Positions 57,751-64,000 of a DNA stretch of 64,000 nt are shown one piece after another. A program made the position numbers and the translations under genes. The DNA comes from Acidimicrobiia bacterium (lineage in GTDB: Bacteria > Actinomycetota > Acidimicrobiia > Acidimicrobiales > CAIXPF01). The DNA lies in contig CANJRG010000007.1 of the NCBI GenBank assembly GCA_947476745.1, forward strand, positions 55,913 to 119,912. Direction: 5' to 3'. Numbering within the stretch: position 1 is the first letter of the stretch; the number at the start of each line of letters is the position of its first letter. A model generated the notes under the pieces. The model saw only the letters and a list, made by a program, of their open reading frames with translations. It did no database searches and was not told where the DNA came from.

Positions 57751-59493
57751 TCAGCAGCCGGGCAGGCGGAACGAGGCGATCCGTGTCTGCCAGCCGGCGG
57801 CGGACGCCCGCTGGCCACCCGCGGTGTAGTACTGGTTGACATACCAGAAGGTACAGTCGTCCACCGGGTCGACGTTCATGGACGTGTAGTCGCCCCACCG
57901 CGAGCTCAGGCTGCGCTGCACCCCGGTCCCGTGGACGATGACCCGTTCCCGTTGCGGCAGGGTGCCGAGCGGATCCCCGGCCAGACGGGCCACGTAACGA
58001 ATGCCGGGATACGTGTCGAAGCCGTTGACCACGCTGAACCCGAGTGAGGCGTTGCCCGCCTTGTCCTGGGCGATGGAGCCCATCCACCGGTGGGTGGCGT
58101 CGAAGGGGGCGTAGGTTCCCTGCTGGTGGACCCGGTAGCCGCCGGGACCGCGGCGGATCTCGTACCAGCGCAGGCCGGCGATGCCGGACCGGGCCTGCAC
58201 CGACTGCGTCGTCACCATCGAGTCGTAGCCGGAGAAGCGCCGATAGGCCAGGCGCCACAGCGGCCGCTGCCGGTAGGACTGGATGTCGAGGTAGCGGTCA
58301 CGGCTGAGGCCCGGCTGCGCCAGGCAGTCACGGGGGCCCGGCGAACACGGGAACATCGAGTCGAACGGCGCCACCGGCAGCTGCGCTGCCAACCGCAGCG
58401 ACGGCCGGACCGAGCCCGACCAGGACACCGAGAGCTCCCACACGTTGAGGGCATCGATGGTTGCACCCAAGCCCGCGCCGTCGTCCTGGGTGCCCACCAG
58501 CGGGATGGCCCGACCGGCCACCGGCCACCGGGTCCCGTCGACGTCGGCGGGTAGCAACCCGTCGCCCACCAACGGGGTCAGGGCCGGGTTGGTGGCGTCG
58601 AGATACCAGCCGACGCCACGGACCCTGGCGCGGCCGGCCAGCATCCGGTCCAGCTCGAGGGCGTACACGCCCACTCCTTCGCCACCGTCGAGGGGGAACT
58701 CACGGGTGGTCACCACCAGCGTGTCGTTCCAGACGCCGTATTTCGGGTAGTCGGGGAAGTTCGCGCCGGTGCTGAACGCATACCGGTAGTAGCCGCCGGT
58801 CGGATCGCCGGTTGCCGACACGGCCAGACAGATCGCGTTGTCGCCGAAGCCACCCAACCCCAGCTGGGTGAGGATCCATCGGTCGTGCTGCCCGTCGTAG
58901 AGCACGACCGGATCGCCGTTGGGGTCACGGCACGCCTCGACGCCGAAGCCCTCCCACAGACGGTCCAGGCCGAGCGGGCCGAGGATGCGTTCGCCCGACT
59001 TGGTGTAGACGGCCAACACCAGGTTGACCATCTGCACGTAGTGGTTCGGCCCGACGTCACCGACCGGGTCGGCGGGACTCACCCGGTAGCCGACCACCCG
59101 CTCGTTGTCGCCGCTGGAGAGGCCCTCGAAGGTGCTCGGGACCGGCCCGACCGGCAACCGGACGGGTGCCGCAGCGTCGATCGTTTCGGCCGGGGAGACC
59201 GGTTCGTCCGGCTCGTCCTCGACGGCGGGGCGCTCGCCGCCAGCGACCACCCGCAGCGGCGACCGCAGCATCGCGGCGCCGGCCGCGGGCGAGGACCCCG
59301 CCGCGGCAAGTTCCCGAACCGACACCGACCGGTCGGCTGCGGTCACCGGCAACACCCGGGGCGATCCTGCGGAGAGCCCGGCGGCCTCCACCGGCGCATC
59401 GGGCAGAGCCAACACGCCGAGCACCGCGGCCAGCGCGAGCACGACGGCTCCGGCCCCGCGACGCGACGCGCCCAACGACCGGATTGTTCCCAC
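57751..59493 (-). CDS. Secreted hypothetical beta-rich protein
   Basis: Signal peptide; PADPVGDVGPNHYVQMVN, GDPVVLYD, FPDYPK, RWGDY, DDCTFWY; start uncertain (ORF extends to 59565). Confidence 0.8.
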   Translation of the reverse strand: MGTIRSLGASRRGAGAVVLALAAVLGVLALPDAPVEAAGLSAGSPRVLPVTAADRSVSVRELAAAGSSPAAGAAMLRSPLRVVAGGERPAVEDEPDEPVSPAETIDAAAPVRLPVGPVPSTFEGLSSGDNERVVGYRVSPADPVGDVGPNHYVQMVNLVLAVYTKSGERILGPLGLDRLWEGFGVEACRDPNGDPVVLYDGQHDRWILTQLGLGGFGDNAICLAVSATGDPTGGYYRYAFSTGANFPDYPKYGVWNDTLVVTTREFPLDGGEGVGVYALELDRMLAGRARVRGVGWYLDATNPALTPLVGDGLLPADVDGTRWPVAGRAIPLVGTQDDGAGLGATIDALNVWELSVSWSGSVRPSLRLAAQLPVAPFDSMFPCSPGPRDCLAQPGLSRDRYLDIQSYRQRPLWRLAYRRFSGYDSMVTTQSVQARSGIAGLRWYEIRRGPGGYRVHQQGTYAPFDATHRWMGSIAQDKAGNASLGFSVVNGFDTYPGIRYVARLAGDPLGTLPQRERVIVHGTGVQRSLSSRWGDYTSMNVDPVDDCTFWYVNQYYTAGGQRASAAGWQTRIASFRLPGC

Positions 59494-59609
59494 CGTTCCG
59501 CCCTTCGCCGAGCCGATCACGCCACCTACTGCGGGAATCGACCTTCCCGACGGTAGTGCCGGCAACCGCGGCGGCGGTGGATGTCTCCGGCGGACGAGTT
59601 CGCCTCCCG

Positions 59610-60734
59610 TCAGGGCCGGACGAGCGCCTTCTGGCCGGTCGCCTGGCGGCTGTAGACGGCGATCTCGTCGAGATCGAGCAGCGCGTCGAGCGACAGTTCC
59701 TTGGTGTAGGAGCTCGCGAAGGTGCTGTGCAGCTCCTCCACCACCCGCCGGCGGAGGCCCGCAGCCACCTCGGGACCCACTGCGGTCAGGAAGTTGGTGA
59801 GCAACCAGCCGCCGATCCCCCAGGCCATGCCGAAGGTACGGTCGAGCTCGGTGCGACCACGGTCGAGGTTGCCGTAGAGGTACACCTGTTTGTGCACCGC
59901 CGAGCCGTAGCGGTTGTAGGCGCCGGCCTGGCCGGCGAGCACTGCGGTCTCCATCGCGGCCAGGATGCGGCCTGCCAGCGAACCTCCGCCGATGGCGTCG
60001 AAGGCGATCGTCGCACCGCTGGCCTGGAGCGCAGCGGCCAGCTCGTCGTCGAAGCCCGGTGAGCTGGTGTCACAGACCAGGGTTGCGCCCTGGCCACGCA
60101 GCAGCTCGGCCTGATCGGGCCGGCGCACCACGTTGACGAGCGGCACCCCGTCCGCGAGGCAGATCCGGATGAGCATCTGGCCCAGGTTCGACGCCGCCGC
60201 GGTGTGGACCAGACCGTGGTGGCCGTCGCGCCGCATCGTCTCGACCATCCCCAGGGCGGTGAGGGGGTTCACGAAGCACGACGCCGCGTCGCGGGGATCG
60301 GTACCGTCCGCCAGCACCAGGCAGGACGCCACTGGCAGGCAGCGGTACTCGGCGTACATCGCCCCGCCGAGGCCGGCAACGGTGCGGCCCATCAGCGCCT
60401 GTGCCGCCTCGGAGGACCCCGCCGCCACCACCAGGCCGGCGCCTTCGTTGCCCACCGGCAGGCTCTGGCCGACCCGAGCCGCAGCAGCCGGACCCGACAC
60501 CGGCGCGACCACCACCGGATACCGATCGGTACCCTCCCGGCGGGCGGCGCCGAGATCGGCCGCAGCGAACAGCGTGCCGAGATCGGACGGGTTCACCGGG
60601 GTGGCCTGGACCCGGATCAGGACCTCGTCGGGTCCCGGCCGCGGCACGGGGACTTCGGCGAGTTCCACCCGCACCTCCCCCGCTGCCGTCACCAGCGAAC
60701 GGATCTGCCGCATCGATTCCGGTACCTCGGCCAC
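59610..60734 (-). CDS. Zinc-binding/MDR family oxidoreductase
   Basis: PVNPSDLG, GNEGAG, FVNPLTALGM, HTAAASNLGQM. Confidence 0.9.
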   Translation of the reverse strand: MAEVPESMRQIRSLVTAAGEVRVELAEVPVPRPGPDEVLIRVQATPVNPSDLGTLFAAADLGAARREGTDRYPVVVAPVSGPAAAARVGQSLPVGNEGAGLVVAAGSSEAAQALMGRTVAGLGGAMYAEYRCLPVASCLVLADGTDPRDAASCFVNPLTALGMVETMRRDGHHGLVHTAAASNLGQMLIRICLADGVPLVNVVRRPDQAELLRGQGATLVCDTSSPGFDDELAAALQASGATIAFDAIGGGSLAGRILAAMETAVLAGQAGAYNRYGSAVHKQVYLYGNLDRGRTELDRTFGMAWGIGGWLLTNFLTAVGPEVAAGLRRRVVEELHSTFASSYTKELSLDALLDLDEIAVYSRQATGQKALVRP

Positions 60735-60795
60735 CGTGTTCCTCCTTCGGGGTGTGCTGCGCGCACCCTACCGGGGACCGGCACGCCGGCCCGGG

Positions 60796-62739
60796 TCACT
60801 CGCAGCGACAGTCGACCGTCTGCTCGAGCACCTGCCAGCGGAACCGTACCGGTGGGGACAACGTGGCACAGCCGATGCAGCGCATGTACCACTGCCCGTC
60901 GATCAAGATGATCTCGAGCGGCGCCTGCCCCGTCGACAGCTTCTTCGGCACGGCCTTCGGCTTGAGCACCGACGGCAGGTCGAGCGGTTCGGGCTCGAGA
61001 TAAGGCAGTTCCTCGGCCTCACGCCGTTCCACGGGGGGCAGCGCCGCCGCGGCCCGACGCCATACCGCGTGGTGCAACGGGCCGACCTCGTCCCAACGCA
61101 GGAAGCTGACCACGGCGTAGAGCAGCTCGAACCCCACACGCCCAGCCACCTCGGCGACCAGGTCGTCGGAGTCCTGGCGGTCTGCCAGGCCACCGGCGGG
61201 GCCCTCGCAACGCTGGGCCAACGCCCACCAGGCCGACTGCTCGCCGGCCTCCAAGGCCCGCCGGGTGGGAGTGACCTCCACCGCACCGGCAGAGCCGGAA
61301 CCACGGGCCCCGCCGTCGTCGGCCCCCGGGCTCAGGGCCGTCCCGAACGGACCGATCACCGCCGGTTCGCGCACCACGTCCGGGCCCGGGGCGGCGAGGA
61401 ACGCGTCGATCTCCTCGAACCGGGCACTGTCGAAGGTGCCGGCGGCTTCGGCGATGCGTTCGATCTCGTCGAGGAACCCGTCGCGTTCGAAGCGCATCGA
61501 CGGGTCCTCGAGGGTGTCCTTGGCGAACATGATCACGAAACGGACGCCCACACCGGCACGCTTGCGCCGCAGGATCCGGCCCATCCGCTGGATCATCTGA
61601 CGGCGGGTCCGGCTGGCGCTCATCACGATGCCGAGGTTGGCGTCGGGCACGTCGATGCCCTCGTCGAGCACCCGGGGGGCCGCCACGGCGTCGAGGCGGC
61701 GGTGGCGGAGGTCCTCGAGGATGTCCTTGCGGAAGCGGCGCGCCGTGGCCCCGGTGATCAGCTCGATGGACACCAGCGGGTCCAGCCGGTTGATGGCGTG
61801 GTTGGCCGCCCGCACCGTCTCGGTGAACAGCAGCGCCCCTTCCGCCTGACGGATCGCCGGCGCGAACCGGCCCAGCAGCTCGTACTTGCCCGAGCTCTGG
61901 GCCACGATCTGGCGGCGCTTGGCGAAGGCGTCGAGGTAGTCCCGTGCGGCCCGGCCGTCCGCGCCGGCGTCGTGTTCGGCGAGGTGCCCGACAGCGGCCA
62001 GGAACGCCCCGAACGGTTCGATCGGCATCCCCCGCACCTGACGGAGGTGGCTACGCGCCGACACCAGTTGGGCCTCGGTGGCGATGTACTCGGCCCGTTC
62101 CTCCACGGACAGGGCCACCCCGACGAAGGCCACCCGGGGCCGGGCGCACACCCCGTCGGCGATCGCCTCCTCGAAGCCGTAGCGATAGCAGATGCCCCCG
62201 AAGAACGGCAGCAACAGGTCGGCCACGGCGTCGTCGGCACGTTCCAGCGTGGCGGTGAGGCCGAGGCGTTCGGCGTAGGCCGGCAACAGGGCCCGTCGCA
62301 GCACCCCGCCCCCGAAGCCGTGGCATTCGTCGGCGATGAGCAGCCCGCTCATACCCTCGGGCGGCAACGGCCGATGCGCAGCAGTCGAGTGACGGGTGGC
62401 GACGAGCACGTCGCAGTCGGTGGGCTCGTCCCTGCCGCTGTCGCCGAGCCGGCCGATGCGGGCGCCGGGCAGGGCGTCGGTGAGCCGGCCGTACCACTGT
62501 TCCATCAGCACCCGCGACGGCACGACGATGAGCACGAAACACCCGCGGCGCAGCGCGTCGGCGGTGGCGGCGATGGCGACGTCGGTCTTGCCCGACCCGG
62601 TGACCGCCTCGATCACCCCACGCCGGCCGCACTGCAACCAGGCCACGAGGGCGTCGAGCTGCCAGCGGTACAGCGCACGCCGCGTTCCGCTCACCCCGGT
62701 GACGGGCGAGGGGCTGGAAGCGGGGGCACGCACGGACAT
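60796..62739 (-). CDS. SF2 DEAD/DEAH-box helicase (ResIII/XPB-like) with Cys-rich C-terminus
   Basis: WQ, TGSGKT, DECH, LTAT, LDEGIDVP, QRMGRILR; tail CIGC...CRCE. Confidence 0.9.
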   Translation of the reverse strand: MSVRAPASSPSPVTGVSGTRRALYRWQLDALVAWLQCGRRGVIEAVTGSGKTDVAIAATADALRRGCFVLIVVPSRVLMEQWYGRLTDALPGARIGRLGDSGRDEPTDCDVLVATRHSTAAHRPLPPEGMSGLLIADECHGFGGGVLRRALLPAYAERLGLTATLERADDAVADLLLPFFGGICYRYGFEEAIADGVCARPRVAFVGVALSVEERAEYIATEAQLVSARSHLRQVRGMPIEPFGAFLAAVGHLAEHDAGADGRAARDYLDAFAKRRQIVAQSSGKYELLGRFAPAIRQAEGALLFTETVRAANHAINRLDPLVSIELITGATARRFRKDILEDLRHRRLDAVAAPRVLDEGIDVPDANLGIVMSASRTRRQMIQRMGRILRRKRAGVGVRFVIMFAKDTLEDPSMRFERDGFLDEIERIAEAAGTFDSARFEEIDAFLAAPGPDVVREPAVIGPFGTALSPGADDGGARGSGSAGAVEVTPTRRALEAGEQSAWWALAQRCEGPAGGLADRQDSDDLVAEVAGRVGFELLYAVVSFLRWDEVGPLHHAVWRRAAAALPPVERREAEELPYLEPEPLDLPSVLKPKAVPKKLSTGQAPLEIILIDGQWYMRCIGCATLSPPVRFRWQVLEQTVDCRCE

Positions 62740-62811
62740 CGAACCGTCCAGACTAGAGGCCGAAGCACCGTTCCCGCTGCCTGCCGTCGCGCCGACGGGC
62801 CGGCGGCGGGG

Positions 62812-63597
62812 TCAACGCCCCTGGAACGGACGCGGTTCCCGGCGCTCGGACCGTGCCCGGGCCGCCTCCTGGAAGTCCTCGGTGAGGTACAGCCGCAACG
62901 GGGACTGCTGCATGTCCGCCTCCTCGGTCAGCCGCTTGAGGTACCAACGGCGGGTGCGAACCGACGCCCGCACCGACAGCGGCGGGTTGCGGTCGACCTC
63001 CCGGGCCAGCTCGTAGGCCGCCTCGAGGCCGCCACCGACGGGGGCCAGACGGTTGACGAGGCGGTGCTCGAAGGCCTCCTCGGCGCTGAACATCCGGCCG
63101 GTCAGCGCCAGCTCGGTGCCCAGCGCGGACGCCCCCCGGAACTGCATGATCGCCCAGTACCGGGCGCCGCCGAGGCCGCGGGACACCTCGGTGATCTGCA
63201 TCTGGGTGCCCTCCTCGGCCACGACGAGGTCGCTGTCGAGCATCAGGCCCATGGCCAGGCCCAGCACGTAGCCGTGCACACTGGCGATGACCGGCTTCCA
63301 GTTCACGAAGTCGATGAACAGGTCACCGACCTTGGCCCCGTGGGCCTGTGGGCCGCCGAGCCGCTCGAGCTCTTCACGTGGCCGCATCTGGCGCTGCTGC
63401 ACGTCGGCACCGGTGCAGAAGGCCCGGCCGTTGCCGCACAGCACCGCCACATTCGCGGCCGAATCGACGTCGAATCGCCGGAGCTGCTCGCCGAGCGCGA
63501 CCACCATGTCGTCGTTGAAGGCGTTCAGCTTCTCCGGCCGATTGAGACGCAGCGTGACAATGCTGCCGTTTCGTTCGTATTCCACCAGTTCTGCCAT
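62812..63597 (-). CDS. Enoyl-CoA hydratase/isomerase family protein
   Basis: LNRPEKLNA, FCTGAD, KPVIASVHG, TEVSRG. Confidence 0.92.
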   Translation of the reverse strand: MAELVEYERNGSIVTLRLNRPEKLNAFNDDMVVALGEQLRRFDVDSAANVAVLCGNGRAFCTGADVQQRQMRPREELERLGGPQAHGAKVGDLFIDFVNWKPVIASVHGYVLGLAMGLMLDSDLVVAEEGTQMQITEVSRGLGGARYWAIMQFRGASALGTELALTGRMFSAEEAFEHRLVNRLAPVGGGLEAAYELAREVDRNPPLSVRASVRTRRWYLKRLTEEADMQQSPLRLYLTEDFQEAARARSERREPRPFQGR

Positions 63598-63716
63598 GGC
63601 CGCGGAAGCTAGCCGTTCAGCGGATCCGGTCCCTTTCAGTCGCCGATCATGCCGCCGGATCGCCCGCCACCAGGAACGGCCGCAGTGCGCACGGGACCAG
63701 CCCGTAGGCTCGGTTC

Positions 63717-64000
63717 GTGCCGAACGACGGAGCCGATCTCACCGCCGCCACCGACCAGGCTGCGGACCGCAGCGCTGCGCTACCCGAGGCGTACCTCTCC
63801 CAGCCCATCCGCTACATCGACCGCACCCGCCGGTGGTACGAGCTGCTGGGTTACGAGCCGTACCGCTGGCCCCGCTACGACGAGGTCCCCTTCACGCCAC
63901 TGACCAAGCCGCTGGCCGGGTCGCGCCTGGCCCTGGTCACCACCGCCGCCCCGGTCCGACCCGACGCCGGCGACCAGGGCCCAGGCGCCGCCTACAACGG
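63717..64000 (+). CDS. Glycine/sarcosine/betaine reductase B (GrdB/PrdB)-like protein, 5' part
   Basis: Not in the ORF track; from GTG 63717: PIRYIDRTRRWYELLGYEPYRW...PFTPLTKPLAGSRLALVTTAAP...GDQGPGAAYNG, open to window end. Confidence 0.7.
   Translation, partial: MPNDGADLTAATDQAADRSAALPEAYLSQPIRYIDRTRRWYELLGYEPYRWPRYDEVPFTPLTKPLAGSRLALVTTAAPVRPDAGDQGPGAAYN

Overview
This is a very GC-rich actinobacterial chromosomal segment; Acidimicrobiia is a guess from gene content. It opens with the core clpX-clpP-tig block and the tRNA-Pro/tRNA-Gly pair, which is split by a stand-alone dynamin-like P-loop GTPase gene. Next come a large secreted FG-GAP/PKD/Calx-beta protein, a GDT1 transporter, a decayed PhyH dioxygenase, a fused ABC exporter and late cobalamin genes (cobT, cobC, cbiB). 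A ~25 kb aromatic/acyl-CoA catabolic region follows. It contains a BadH-like SDR, crotonases, a Cys-less thiolase with DUF35, an ALDH, a divergent folD, a CoA transferase, pobA-pcaHGB, a GMC oxidoreductase pair, and a PaaX-type regulator divergent from boxC-boxB-benzoate-CoA ligase with no boxA. After hemW and a tRNA-Arg/His/Lys cluster lies a small decayed islet made of a rearranged IS3 and a truncated gluABC(D) operon. The last part holds hydrolases (D-aminoacylase, two amidases, a fluoroacetate-dehalogenase-like enzyme), an SF2 helicase with a Cys-rich tail and a partial GrdB/PrdB-like gene. Short tandem duplications are unusually frequent. One is a 5x17-bp array that forms a chain of overlapping mini-ORFs ending on the pobA start codon. 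No CRISPR array or rRNA was seen. All family calls come from motif recognition by eye, with no database search.
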